IMG/VR virus record: IMGVR_UViG_3300028172_000069
DNA length: 64,000 nt
Reading direction: 5' to 3' (one strand)
From: a virus
Taxonomy: Duplodnaviria > Caudoviricetes
The position numbers and the translations under genes were made by a program. The notes under the pieces are model-generated. The model was not told the DNA's origin. It searched no databases and worked only from the letters and a program-made list of their open reading frames with translations. Each line of letters opens with the position of its first letter. Position 1 is the stretch's first letter. Positions 9,653 to 19,427 of this stretch are shown here, piece by piece.

Positions 9653-11962
9653 CTATTTGGCAATCTTCGGCGTACCGATGATGTTGACGTTGACGTTCAG
9701 GAACGAACCGTACTGGCTCACGTTCGCGTTCTTCACCCGCATCTTCACCACAACGTCGATGTAGCCCGCTGGGTGGTTCTTGGTCACAATATCGTAGACC
9801 TGAGTGAGCGAGGCGTTGGAGTAGGCACGTTCGTTCTTGTCGCCACCAAGGGACGAGAAGCCAGCAGTACCAGTACCTGCAATCTGGCGACCGTAATCAG
9901 GCTCCTGACTCTTGGACGAACGGAAGCCAACCACGTACTCCATGATCTCCAAGCCTTCTTCCGTGACGAAGCCAGGGCCGAGTGCTGCTTGGAAGTCAGC
10001 GTGGACAGTCACCATCACGTCACTGGAGAGATTGACACGGTGCGTGAACAGAATCTCTTGGGCGTCCTTCTGGTTCCGAGTATCCGTGAACTTGAAGTTG
10101 GCCTCGGCATCAGTCAGTTGCTCACTGATGGTCGATTCGATCCGGTACACAGGGTGCGAACCACTGATACGGATACCCGAGCCAGCGATCAGCGATACGC
10201 CAGGCACAGGCAGGACAATCGGCTTGGCACCATGACGCAGGAGCTTCAAGGTACGACCAGTAAGCACTGCATCAATGACCACACCAGCAAGGTTGGTATT
10301 GCTACTGCCTTGTGCTGGCGCGTTGTCGTACAGGGTAATCTCGACACCCAGGCCTTTGCGAATCGGCCCAGTGAAGATCACCTTGTTGTCTACCAGAGTG
10401 TACTGGTTGCCATGGATGTGCGCACCAGACTGGGATACCTCGATGTACTCAACCGACTGCGGAGTGAACGGCAGTTCGAGGAAGTACGTGTCGTCACTGG
10501 TGATCGTGGCGATGGTCGAGATGGTGGTGCTGTAACCCTCGAAGTCTTCGATACGGAAGCTACGCAACTCCACGTCAACGCCAGCAGGGATCGGTGCTAC
10601 AAACTTGACCTCCTGCGTTGTGGCATCGTAGGTGAACGTGGTGAGCATCTGCCGGATACCGCGAATGTACGCCTTGATGTAGTTGGCGTCTTGCACGGGC
10701 TGGCTGATCTTGAAGTTCTGCGTGCTGCCATCACCCACCACATGGTCAACCTTGATCAACATGCGGCTGCCGTTCGACGGGATACGTGTGAACAGGCGCA
10801 GGTCAATTGGAATCTGGGCGGCAATTGCCTCCACAAACTCAATCTCGTTGCCGCTCATATCAAACGCATCACGGTGCTGGGTTACACCACCAAGCGCTGG
10901 CTGCAGGTAGTTGACGTTCTCGATTTCCAGATCGCCAAGGGCATAGCGTGCCTCGGTACCATCGCCTGTGTAGTTGATAGTGCTCATTACCAGCTTGGAA
11001 GGCGCACGGTACAGCGTGCTATTGATCCCACCAGACGACTTGGGTGGCGCCCAACGTGGGCATTCGTCATAACCACGAACGAGTACCCAGTCAGCAGGCA
11101 CACCATCCATGATCGGCGGGTAAGAGCACGCACCGCCTGCACCACCAGCACCTCCACGACGTCGCCATACAGCGATAGTCGATTGGGCATCGAGGCCAGT
11201 GACTGGCTGCGAGTCAGCTTCAACCAGCTTGGTACCCGACACACGGTAACGGCGCGACTTGCCTTGACCATTGCCGAGGACGACGTGGCCAATGACTATC
11301 TCGTTATCGTCGAGGTCGATTCCGCTGAGAGTAATCTCAGTAGCGCTGGCAGCCGTGGGCTTTCCGAAGAAGATACGATCATGGTCGCTAAATGCCCACT
11401 GGAAACCACCTGCACCAGAACGCATAGCCAGAACAGGAGTAGCACTGCCATCCGAGTTATACGTACCATCCAGTACCGTAACCGCATTGAACGAGCTTTC
11501 TCCAGGCGATTGCAGACGGAAGACGTTGGGCGTCGATGGAATGGACGAGTAGTCGCCAATGGTGACGTTGATAGTCGTCAGGTCACAACGGCTAGTTACC
11601 AGCAGGCAGTTGAAGCGAACCGTCTCACCCTTGATCAGGATGTAAGGCGTCTCGAAGACACAGCGCCCAAGCAGCGTACGGCTGCTCAGGTATACGCAGG
11701 TCTCACGGACTTCCGTGTCTTCCTTGATCAGGTAGCCCGGGATTTCAAAGACGAAGCGAGCGGTGTTCTTGGAGAGCACCTCCACGTGGTGGATGGTACC
11801 CTCGAAGAGGTTGTTGCCCAGAATGTCGACGGCATCAGTCTTGCTCGGGGACTGCGAGGAGTCCCCAAACTTGAAGAAGGTAGCGTCAACGAGCTGGCCG
11901 CCTGCCGACGCGTTGTTGATCGCCTGTAGGCCAACGTCGGAAAGAATCAGCACTTCGCTCAT
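9653..11962 (-). CDS. Baseplate/tail-fibre attachment protein (tail-collar-fibre-like N-terminus)
   Basis: N-terminal ILSDVGLQAINNA...FKFGD pattern; repeated (Y/V).GDG.T..F/Y modules; position after the wedge genes. Confidence 0.65.
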   Translation of the reverse strand: MSEVLILSDVGLQAINNASAGGQLVDATFFKFGDSSQSPSKTDAVDILGNNLFEGTIHHVEVLSKNTARFVFEIPGYLIKEDTEVRETCVYLSSRTLLGRCVFETPYILIKGETVRFNCLLVTSRCDLTTINVTIGDYSSIPSTPNVFRLQSPGESSFNAVTVLDGTYNSDGSATPVLAMRSGAGGFQWAFSDHDRIFFGKPTAASATEITLSGIDLDDNEIVIGHVVLGNGQGKSRRYRVSGTKLVEADSQPVTGLDAQSTIAVWRRRGGAGGAGGACSYPPIMDGVPADWVLVRGYDECPRWAPPKSSGGINSTLYRAPSKLVMSTINYTGDGTEARYALGDLEIENVNYLQPALGGVTQHRDAFDMSGNEIEFVEAIAAQIPIDLRLFTRIPSNGSRMLIKVDHVVGDGSTQNFKISQPVQDANYIKAYIRGIRQMLTTFTYDATTQEVKFVAPIPAGVDVELRSFRIEDFEGYSTTISTIATITSDDTYFLELPFTPQSVEYIEVSQSGAHIHGNQYTLVDNKVIFTGPIRKGLGVEITLYDNAPAQGSSNTNLAGVVIDAVLTGRTLKLLRHGAKPIVLPVPGVSLIAGSGIRISGSHPVYRIESTISEQLTDAEANFKFTDTRNQKDAQEILFTHRVNLSSDVMVTVHADFQAALGPGFVTEEGLEIMEYVVGFRSSKSQEPDYGRQIAGTGTAGFSSLGGDKNERAYSNASLTQVYDIVTKNHPAGYIDVVVKMRVKNANVSQYGSFLNVNVNIIGTPKIAK

Positions 11963-11965
11963 GGA

Positions 11966-12211
11966 TTAACCCTCGCAGTCGCTGATTGGCGTCGAGACCC
12001 GGCAGGTCGGGCAGTAGTACACCTGACCAGCAGGGATCATCGCTGTGCCCATGGCTTTACGGCACTTCGGGCAGTTGCCTTCGCTGGTGTTATCGACAGC
12101 CGCGACAGCAATCTCGGCATTCCCATTGGCGACAGCCGTGTGTTGCGCTGGCGCTTGTACTTCGGCGTGCGGGTTGTACACTTCACGGCCGGTGGTCATT
12201 TTTACTTTCAT
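11966..12211 (-). CDS. Small zinc-ribbon protein
   Basis: CPKC...YYCPTC pairs in an 81-aa ORF. Confidence 0.65.
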   Translation of the reverse strand: MKVKMTTGREVYNPHAEVQAPAQHTAVANGNAEIAVAAVDNTSEGNCPKCRKAMGTAMIPAGQVYYCPTCRVSTPISDCEG

Positions 12212-12220
12212 GGTAGTTCC

Positions 12221-15200
12221 TTAATTCCCGAAGGTTACTTCGAAGGTCATCGTGCCGTTGCCGTCAAAGTCGGAGCGATACAGATACCAGTTGGATGTTG
12301 TGCCGGACGCATCAGTGCGCGCGACAGTGATTGGACCGTACTGCTCACCTACAGAGCCATCATCAGGCCAGGACGCTCCGTCGAATCCGCCTTCAAAGTT
12401 GGAGGCTTGGTCAACGAACTTGGCGAGGCCGAGTGTCGCAGGGTAGCAGAAGTACATGTATTCGCCAGCGCCAGCAGTCAGCGTAAACTTCTGGCCAGAT
12501 GCCATTGTAGGCAAATGGTTGGTCAGCTTGTCTGCAATCGCAGGGTCGTTACGCACGCCAATCTGGGCCAAGCCGTAGATCGGGGTACTGTCTACCTCAG
12601 CAATCACGCTAATCTCCTTGGTCGCCGTGACAGTCTCGAACCCTTCCTTGTACGTGGCCTTCAGGATAAACTTGAACGCTTTGGAGGCGTCAATTACGTT
12701 CACCTGACCAGCGCCGTTGACAACTACGCGACCATCTGGGGAAACGATGCTCCACTCAGGCTGCACAGGATGCCCTTTGCCTGGTGTCTCAGTCTCACCA
12801 TTACGGAAGAGCTCCGACGTGTAGAGTTCCTGCTTGGCACCGTTGATTGTCTCAGGCCCGTAGATCGCCAGCGACTTCAACTGGTCCTCATCGCCGATGA
12901 TGTTGATGACCATCGAATCGACAAGGGTATAGGTGCCACACTGGTACGTCGAGGTGATCGTGGCAGTCGTGGACTTACCATTCACGGACCAGACGAAGCC
13001 AGCACTATCAATTGCAGCCACGAGAGGATCAGCGTCAATCGTCCAGTCACTACTCACCAATAGCTCATTCGCACACTCCTCGAACACGATGGCATGGGAG
13101 TACGAACCACGCTCGGTGACGTAGAAGGCGGCAGGTCCAATGATCCGGCTGCTCACAGGCTTGTCAGGCGAGTTGACGATACGTGGCGTTACGGTGATTT
13201 CAAACTCGGCAATCTCCTTGAAGTAGCGGGCAATCGCCGTGACCTTGGTGTCCTTTTCAACCACACGTCCTTGCAGCACGCCAGGCGATACAATGTCCGC
13301 CATTGGGTCTGGATCGTTCAATGGGTCAGCAGACTGCACGGTCCACTGTGGGCTCACCGTTTCAAGCAATCCATCAGAGTACACGGCGGTGCCAGTGAGC
13401 ACAATCCGTGCACCTTCCATGACCGTGTTAGGGCCACTGATAATCAAGCCCTGAATGATCCGTGTGTTCGGAATCAAGACAAGTGGCTTGCTCTGCACGT
13501 ATGCCTTACCACCCAGCCGGTATGTAGCAACAACCTCCACGATACCAACCAGTGGGTCCTCGAACGACAGCAACCCGTTGACGTCAATGGATGCCCATGC
13601 AGGATCACCCTTAATCGACCACGTGGGCGTGATTTCCACGTCACGGCCATTGGAGTAGTGTGCGTATGCAGTGAACTTGCCCAAGCTGCCTTCCCGGACG
13701 TTATCCGGGCCCATGACAAGGATGTTGTCCAATGTCACCGGTGTATTGATGGCTACGATCTGCTTGATGGCATCCCGCCCGTTGACGCGAGCACGCAACT
13801 GGAGATTGACCGGTGTGGAGCCAACAGAGCCCACCTCCAGGTACCCTCTTTCGTCAATATAGAAGCGATTTGTTGTCCAATCTGCATCCACTATGCCCGT
13901 AGAACCATCCGAGAATCGGGCGGACACAACGTAGCGATTCTTGGTGTTTTCCACCACTTGGTTTGGTCCAAGAATCTCCGTATGCACCACGCTAACCGTC
14001 CGGCGGAGGAAGGACACAGGCTTGGTTGCCGTGAGCTTGACACCCTTGTACTGGTGCGTGGCCTTGAAGGTAATGTCCAACTCGGCCAGTGTCTCGGTGA
14101 TGTAGGCCTCACCATCAGGTGTGATGTAGATGGCACCACAGCCGGGATCCCATGCACCCAGTACGCCCTTGTGCGTTCCATCCGAGTAATGCGCCACGAG
14201 GGTGTATTGCTTCACCTCGTTCTCGTAGAAGCTGTCAGGGCCGAGTATCTCAAGGTCCACAAGGTGAACATCAGGGTCCACGAAGATGGCCTGCACCTTC
14301 TTCACGGCGGTGAGCGTCTGCCCATCAGGGAGCTTGCACTCGGCGCTCAGGATCACCTCACCATCAGCGTCGATCTGGTACACATGGAGGTTGTTGCCCT
14401 GCATGTAACCCAGTGTGGAGCGCGTGGTGATCGTCAGGTCGTGGGTTTCATCACCGCCTGTGGTATGAGCTACCACTTGGTAGGTGCCAAACTCGTTCGC
14501 ACGGACACTGTCAGGGCCTTGAATCTCGATGGTCCTGATGTTGCTGGCGCTGTTCTTCACCTTGACGTTCAGGCTGGCGGACATACCCTCGTACTCGCCA
14601 TAGATCACCACGTCGGTATCAAAGCTGACGTTGCCAAAGGAGGCGAAGTCACCATTGAAGCCCACGAGGCCAGTGCGACTACTGTTCCATACACCCTTCA
14701 CACGGACTGTCTGCGTGAAGTAGGTGTCCACTGCTGGCGTAGCAGGAGTACCCGGAATCGCTGGAGTGCCTGGTGTTGCTGGCACTGCTGGCTGGTATGG
14801 GACTTCTGGCTTACCTGGTACAGCAGGCACAGCAGGTTGGTATGGAATCTCAGGCGTCGCAGGCTGATAAGGCACTGCTGGCTTACCTGCTTGATACGGG
14901 ATTTCTGGAACAGCAGCCTGATATGGGACCTCTGGCTTGGCTGCTTGGTACGGCACTTCAGGAGAGCCTGGGTTAGCCGGTACTTCTGGCTTGCCCGGGA
15001 CTGCCTCGTGGTAGATCGAGTAACTACCGTTCTGCGGGTTAGGCACTTGGAAGTCGTATGTAGCTGAACCAATGCCCGAGAAGTCGGTACGGTACAGGTA
15101 CCACGTGAGCGTCACACCATTGACTGTGCGCTCAATCTCAATAGGCCCGTATTCATCACCTACGTCCTGATCAGGCCACGATGCACCATCCCATCCACCT

Positions 15201-16423
15201 TCGAAGTTGGACACCTTGTCGGTGAACCGTGCTTCACCCATTGCCTTTGGATAGCACACATAGCCGTAGTCGTTCTCACCCGGCGCGTCGATGCTGAACT
15301 CCGAGTTCGGCTCAATCTCGGCGAAGGTGCTGATCGTGGCTTCCTGTGCGTTCCAACCAGCGACACCCATGAGAGGCTTGAACGTGCCTGTCTGGGTATA
15401 CGCATCTTGCGGTGGTACTGCTGGCTGATACGGCGTAGCAGGCACAGCGGGCTTGTACTGCACTTCTGGAACGGCTGCCTGATAAGGTACTTCAGGCACT
15501 GCTGGCTGGTACGGTATCTCTGGCACAGCAGGTTGCGCTTGCACCTCAGGCTTCGCAGGCTGGTACGGAATCTCAGGGCTGCCTGGAACAGCTGGGACAG
15601 CAGGCTGATATGGTACCTCGGGAATGTACGGCGTACCGGGAGTGCCTGGAATGTCAGGAGTACCCGGTGTGCCTTCACTGCCGTTGGCGAGCGTGATGAT
15701 TAGCTCAAACTCCTGCTCGCTGCCCTCGTATACCTCAGTTGGGCCAACGATCTTCACGTTCTCCACGTGCATTTCACCAACACCCACGTCGATGTAACGC
15801 TTGGGCTGCTTGACGATGCGCCCAGATAGGTGAAGGTTTGCACCCACGTCCACGTTGAAGAAGAAGCGCTCTACCACGATGTTCCATGGGGCGAACTCAT
15901 AGAACGCCTCGAGGAACCGGTCCTTGATGGTCTTCCCACGTGGGAGCAGCAACTTGTAGTCCTGTGGCAGGTACTGCATCCCCAGTTCGATGTGCGTGGT
16001 CTTGAACCAGTCACCACCATCTACCTGCAGTGGCCCGTAGGCTTGCGAGTAGAAGTCTTGGTAGTTCTCGGTGTACAGGCCAATCGCATCAACTGAACGA
16101 CCCAGGATGAACGCAATGGTATGCGGGTAGTCATTGGTACCAGAGCGCTCTGCGTAGATCGACAGCTGCGGAATCGCTTGGTTGAGCGTGGGGATGTTGT
16201 GCTTGATGAAGTCCTGTGGCAGGTCGAAGCCGATTTGCTTTAGGGTCTGCGTCACTACCCATGGGTCGATGACCTTGGTAATGTCACGGATGGTCTCAAG
16301 CTGGTAGATCGGATAGCGGATGCGGTCGTTCAGCACCTCGGCGTAGACGTCCACGAAGTCCTGAATCCACGGCTGCGCGTAGAAAATCTCAGGCTGCAGC
16401 CGCTCGAATGTGAGCTTGTCCAT
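12221..16423 (-). CDS. Baseplate wedge protein (gp7-like N-terminus) with about 8 Ig-like repeats and a Pro-rich stalked insertion
   Basis: Start reassigned to the ATG overlapping the upstream stop (TGATG at 16421-16425); repeats of I.GP..V.E....Y...A.YSDG; follows the gp6-like gene. Confidence 0.7.
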   Translation of the reverse strand: MDKLTFERLQPEIFYAQPWIQDFVDVYAEVLNDRIRYPIYQLETIRDITKVIDPWVVTQTLKQIGFDLPQDFIKHNIPTLNQAIPQLSIYAERSGTNDYPHTIAFILGRSVDAIGLYTENYQDFYSQAYGPLQVDGGDWFKTTHIELGMQYLPQDYKLLLPRGKTIKDRFLEAFYEFAPWNIVVERFFFNVDVGANLHLSGRIVKQPKRYIDVGVGEMHVENVKIVGPTEVYEGSEQEFELIITLANGSEGTPGTPDIPGTPGTPYIPEVPYQPAVPAVPGSPEIPYQPAKPEVQAQPAVPEIPYQPAVPEVPYQAAVPEVQYKPAVPATPYQPAVPPQDAYTQTGTFKPLMGVAGWNAQEATISTFAEIEPNSEFSIDAPGENDYGYVCYPKAMGEARFTDKVSNFEGGWDGASWPDQDVGDEYGPIEIERTVNGVTLTWYLYRTDFSGIGSATYDFQVPNPQNGSYSIYHEAVPGKPEVPANPGSPEVPYQAAKPEVPYQAAVPEIPYQAGKPAVPYQPATPEIPYQPAVPAVPGKPEVPYQPAVPATPGTPAIPGTPATPAVDTYFTQTVRVKGVWNSSRTGLVGFNGDFASFGNVSFDTDVVIYGEYEGMSASLNVKVKNSASNIRTIEIQGPDSVRANEFGTYQVVAHTTGGDETHDLTITTRSTLGYMQGNNLHVYQIDADGEVILSAECKLPDGQTLTAVKKVQAIFVDPDVHLVDLEILGPDSFYENEVKQYTLVAHYSDGTHKGVLGAWDPGCGAIYITPDGEAYITETLAELDITFKATHQYKGVKLTATKPVSFLRRTVSVVHTEILGPNQVVENTKNRYVVSARFSDGSTGIVDADWTTNRFYIDERGYLEVGSVGSTPVNLQLRARVNGRDAIKQIVAINTPVTLDNILVMGPDNVREGSLGKFTAYAHYSNGRDVEITPTWSIKGDPAWASIDVNGLLSFEDPLVGIVEVVATYRLGGKAYVQSKPLVLIPNTRIIQGLIISGPNTVMEGARIVLTGTAVYSDGLLETVSPQWTVQSADPLNDPDPMADIVSPGVLQGRVVEKDTKVTAIARYFKEIAEFEITVTPRIVNSPDKPVSSRIIGPAAFYVTERGSYSHAIVFEECANELLVSSDWTIDADPLVAAIDSAGFVWSVNGKSTTATITSTYQCGTYTLVDSMVINIIGDEDQLKSLAIYGPETINGAKQELYTSELFRNGETETPGKGHPVQPEWSIVSPDGRVVVNGAGQVNVIDASKAFKFILKATYKEGFETVTATKEISVIAEVDSTPIYGLAQIGVRNDPAIADKLTNHLPTMASGQKFTLTAGAGEYMYFCYPATLGLAKFVDQASNFEGGFDGASWPDDGSVGEQYGPITVARTDASGTTSNWYLYRSDFDGNGTMTFEVTFGN

Positions 16424-17886
16424 CAGTTGGCTCCAGAGATACCTGCGGTACGTTCGGTGTACACGATGTTGACTACTGGGCTGCCATCGAGCACGCAATA
16501 CATGGTGCGATCAGGCGGAATGATTTCCTCAGAAGGCGAGAGGATTTCAATGTAGTCCACACCTTGCAGACGGCAGGCGTTTTCAATGTCAGACTTGGAA
16601 AGGCGGCGACCCAAGATGCCGGGCTTACGCTGGAAGAGTTTCAGGATACGCTCGGTCACGAGGATGCGCATTTCGTCAATGTCCACATCCTTGTTGACTG
16701 CGAGCAGCACCTTGACGCCAACGTACATCTTCACTGGGTTCCAGCTCTGCATCTGGGCGAGTGCTTGGCAGCGATTGAGCAACCACTGTTCGAAGGCAGC
16801 CCATGCGGCAGACTTCGGATTCGGGTTGGCACCACCCCAGGTATCAGTGCTATCTGGGAGAATGCACACACGCAACACGTTCTGCCACTTGGGATCGTTG
16901 GGTGCAACGTCACGCTGGAAGAACAGTGAGCAGTCGGCAACGCCAGGGTAAGCCATGATGTGGGCGCGCACTTCGCTTGGGCTGATCGCCTTACGATTGG
17001 AGCGGAACATCACGGGTGCGAACAGCTTGTAGTACAGCGCAGACTTCTGATCGCCACCGCCAGCCACGTTGGAAGTGGTAAAACCCGAAATCTCGGGTTG
17101 GGAAGTCATGCGGATTCTGTCACCACTGATCCCGATGGCCGTAGAGCCTTTCGTGACCACGAAGCGAATCTTGAGCAGAGTACCTGCCGGCAGCTTGGAG
17201 CCGTAGTCGCCAGTGCCGAACATGAACGCCACGTCACCCGAACCAGTGGTGAACTCGTAGTACGCTTTGTCAGTCGGACCCAGTTCGTACAGTGCTTGGT
17301 CAGTCGAGTTCCAGACAGTGGCTTCACCCGAGACCTTGTCTTCTGTCCAGACAAGCATATCCATGTCGGCGACTACGAAGTTCGGAGTGGAGAGCACGAA
17401 CGTCTGGAGGGCTGCTGGGTCAAGCGTGTCCACGTCAAACTCTACGAGCTTCACTTCACCCTGGTAGAGCTGGACGTCCTCGATGGCAGTACCCGGAGCG
17501 ATCATCAATTGCTCACGGTTGAAATACTTCTCCGAGGAGTTCATGAACTCACTGTAGGCAGGGATGAACTTCACCGACTGCAGGTTGTTCTGCAGGTAGC
17601 AAGTCAAGCCAGCCGAGACCTTGCGCGCAATCTTCACACCGAGAGAGCGAGCGCCCTCGAAGATGGAGGAGTCACGCACGGCCGTCGAGAGGAAGGCCTC
17701 ACGCAGAGACACGTTGATGTAGTGCTGGTTGACTGTGGTTGCGCCAGAGGCAAGAGTGAGCAGCGTGGCCGAAACGTTCGTGGGCAGCAGGTCTTTCCAA
17801 GTGCCCTTTTCTGCGAGACGCCGCGCCAGCTCGTTGTAGATATCCTGTTCGTCAACGACGACCTTACTGATTGCTAGTTGAGCCAT
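16423..17886 (-). CDS. Baseplate wedge protein, T4 gp6/baseplate-J-like
   Basis: FLSTAVRDSSI...ARSLG, V.FGTGDYG..LPAG..L.IRFVVTKG, GGGDQ.S motifs; adjacent to gp25-like gene. Confidence 0.8.
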   Translation of the reverse strand: MAQLAISKVVVDEQDIYNELARRLAEKGTWKDLLPTNVSATLLTLASGATTVNQHYINVSLREAFLSTAVRDSSIFEGARSLGVKIARKVSAGLTCYLQNNLQSVKFIPAYSEFMNSSEKYFNREQLMIAPGTAIEDVQLYQGEVKLVEFDVDTLDPAALQTFVLSTPNFVVADMDMLVWTEDKVSGEATVWNSTDQALYELGPTDKAYYEFTTGSGDVAFMFGTGDYGSKLPAGTLLKIRFVVTKGSTAIGISGDRIRMTSQPEISGFTTSNVAGGGDQKSALYYKLFAPVMFRSNRKAISPSEVRAHIMAYPGVADCSLFFQRDVAPNDPKWQNVLRVCILPDSTDTWGGANPNPKSAAWAAFEQWLLNRCQALAQMQSWNPVKMYVGVKVLLAVNKDVDIDEMRILVTERILKLFQRKPGILGRRLSKSDIENACRLQGVDYIEILSPSEEIIPPDRTMYCVLDGSPVVNIVYTERTAGISGAN

Positions 17887-17894
17887 GACTGTTC

Positions 17895-18299
17895 CTATGC
17901 GGCATTCTGCTTGTTGAGGGCAAACTGGAACAGCACAGGCTTGCCGTCCAAGTTAGGTGCCGTGTAGTACACCTCGACACCGTACGCTTGCAAGGTGTAG
18001 TTCGGGTATACGTTGACCTTCGTGATCGTCACACGGAGCTCGTCGTTACGACTGAGCAGCGTTCGGATTTCCGTACGGATACGCGACGCCGTCATATCGT
18101 CCATGGGTTCAAACAGGTACGCTGGGATGTTCGACCCGTAGCGAATCCGGAACCACTTGGAGCGAATGGGTGTGGTGATGATCAGGAAGATGTTTTGGTT
18201 GATGGAGTCTTCGTTGTACACCAGCTCCTTGTTGGAGTGGGTGCCGACATACAGGTTGATGTCGGAATAGATCGGGCTGTCTCTGTAATCCGCCATCAT
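17895..18299 (-). CDS. Baseplate wedge subunit, gp25-like
   Basis: SINQNIFLIITTPIRSKWFRIRYGSNIPAYLFEPMD matches the gp25/GPW pattern. Confidence 0.85.
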   Translation of the reverse strand: MMADYRDSPIYSDINLYVGTHSNKELVYNEDSINQNIFLIITTPIRSKWFRIRYGSNIPAYLFEPMDDMTASRIRTEIRTLLSRNDELRVTITKVNVYPNYTLQAYGVEVYYTAPNLDGKPVLFQFALNKQNAA

Positions 18300-18625
18300 C
18301 AGTTACCACTGTAGGTAGTGAATGAGCCGTTGGACGACATATCGCCGCAGCTCAATGGATCGCCATTCCTGTGTGTTGCCAACTGATCCGTGTAGGTGAT
18401 GCGGGCACCTACAATAACGCCAGGGCTGTGACACCCTTTCGATGGGCAGCAGTGTGGCACGTACTTGTCAGACACACGTACTTCCGCGATCTGGTCGGTG
18501 AACACCGTCATGGATGCCGATGCTGGAACTGTCGGGCCAAAGCAACCATGACCCGTACTCGCATCAGTGCCGAGACGAATGTTGCGCTGGCCCTTGAGAG
18601 CGAACACCAGTTCAAGATTGCTCAT
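18299..18625 (-). CDS. PAAR-like spike tip protein (T4 gp5.4-like)
   Basis: TGHGCFGP...RVSD...PHCC...H...RNGDPLSCG; GAGG RBS before ATG 18625. Confidence 0.85.
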   Translation of the reverse strand: MSNLELVFALKGQRNIRLGTDASTGHGCFGPTVPASASMTVFTDQIAEVRVSDKYVPHCCPSKGCHSPGVIVGARITYTDQLATHRNGDPLSCGDMSSNGSFTTYSGN

Positions 18626-18708
18626 GGGACACCTCATATTCGATTGGTGATAAATTACTGAGGAACACCGGGATTACTGTAAACCAACCATGTCTGCCAC
18701 TAATAGGG

Positions 18709-19347
18709 ATGTACACGAACATGCTGCAGGAAGTCATCAAACCACGTCCATGGATTGAATGCAGCCAGCGAAAGCCCAAGAAAGAAGGCTGGTATGCAGT
18801 CCAAGACTACACCGTAGAGGGTGAATACTACATGGATGCCTATTGGCACCAGGGCTCGTGGTGGAAGTTTGGACGCTACGCCAATATGCTCAACGTCCGT
18901 ATCGAAATGCGTGACGTACAGCGCTGGCGCTTCATGGGCGAGATTGCTCGCGAGGATATTCGACGGCAGTGTGCCAATGCCATCATCCCACGCGATCCAT
19001 TCCAGCGAGTTCAGGTAGGGTTCCTGCGCAAGCTGTGGTTGCTGTACGTCATGGACAAGAACAAGCTAACCCAGAAAGAACTGGCGAAGGAGCTTGGGAC
19101 AACTGGAAAGAACATCGGCAGGATCATTGATGGCGTCACGCTCTTGGGTGTGGAGTTCGCCACCGATCGGCTGGAGCGTTTATACGTCCTGAACTGGGGC
19201 GCCATCAGCCAACAATGGGTACACGAAAATGCGGAAGCTATTGCATTGGCTATCCAAGAAACTCTGGGGATGCACGGTAACGAGCTTGCTGAGTCTCGGG
19301 ATTTTCAAGCACTTACCAGACAAGACACGGCACTCGATGCTGGCTAA
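18709..19347 (+). CDS. Putative transcriptional regulator: DUF551-like N-terminus plus C-terminal HTH
   Basis: WIECSQRKP motif; LTQKELAKELGTTGKNIGRII helix-turn-helix; first gene of the plus-strand island. Confidence 0.55.
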   Translation: MYTNMLQEVIKPRPWIECSQRKPKKEGWYAVQDYTVEGEYYMDAYWHQGSWWKFGRYANMLNVRIEMRDVQRWRFMGEIAREDIRRQCANAIIPRDPFQRVQVGFLRKLWLLYVMDKNKLTQKELAKELGTTGKNIGRIIDGVTLLGVEFATDRLERLYVLNWGAISQQWVHENAEAIALAIQETLGMHGNELAESRDFQALTRQDTALDAG

Positions 19348-19427
19348 GTGCGGCTACAACGTTCTGGACAACACCGAGTTAAACGAACTACTGAAAATGG
19401 CGACTGCCAAATCAAAGGAGATAAGCG

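Noticed and set aside
14698-15678. Tandem ~27-nt repeats that could be mistaken for a CRISPR array or VNTR
   Set aside because: Degenerate, no unique spacers, and they encode in-frame PEVPYQPAV peptide repeats.
18626-18665. Short CCUCA/UGAGG pairing over the PAAR RBS (similar weak hairpins near 1402 and 25801)
   Set aside because: Only about 5 bp and could be chance; noted as a possible echo of the sheath leader but not supportable alone.
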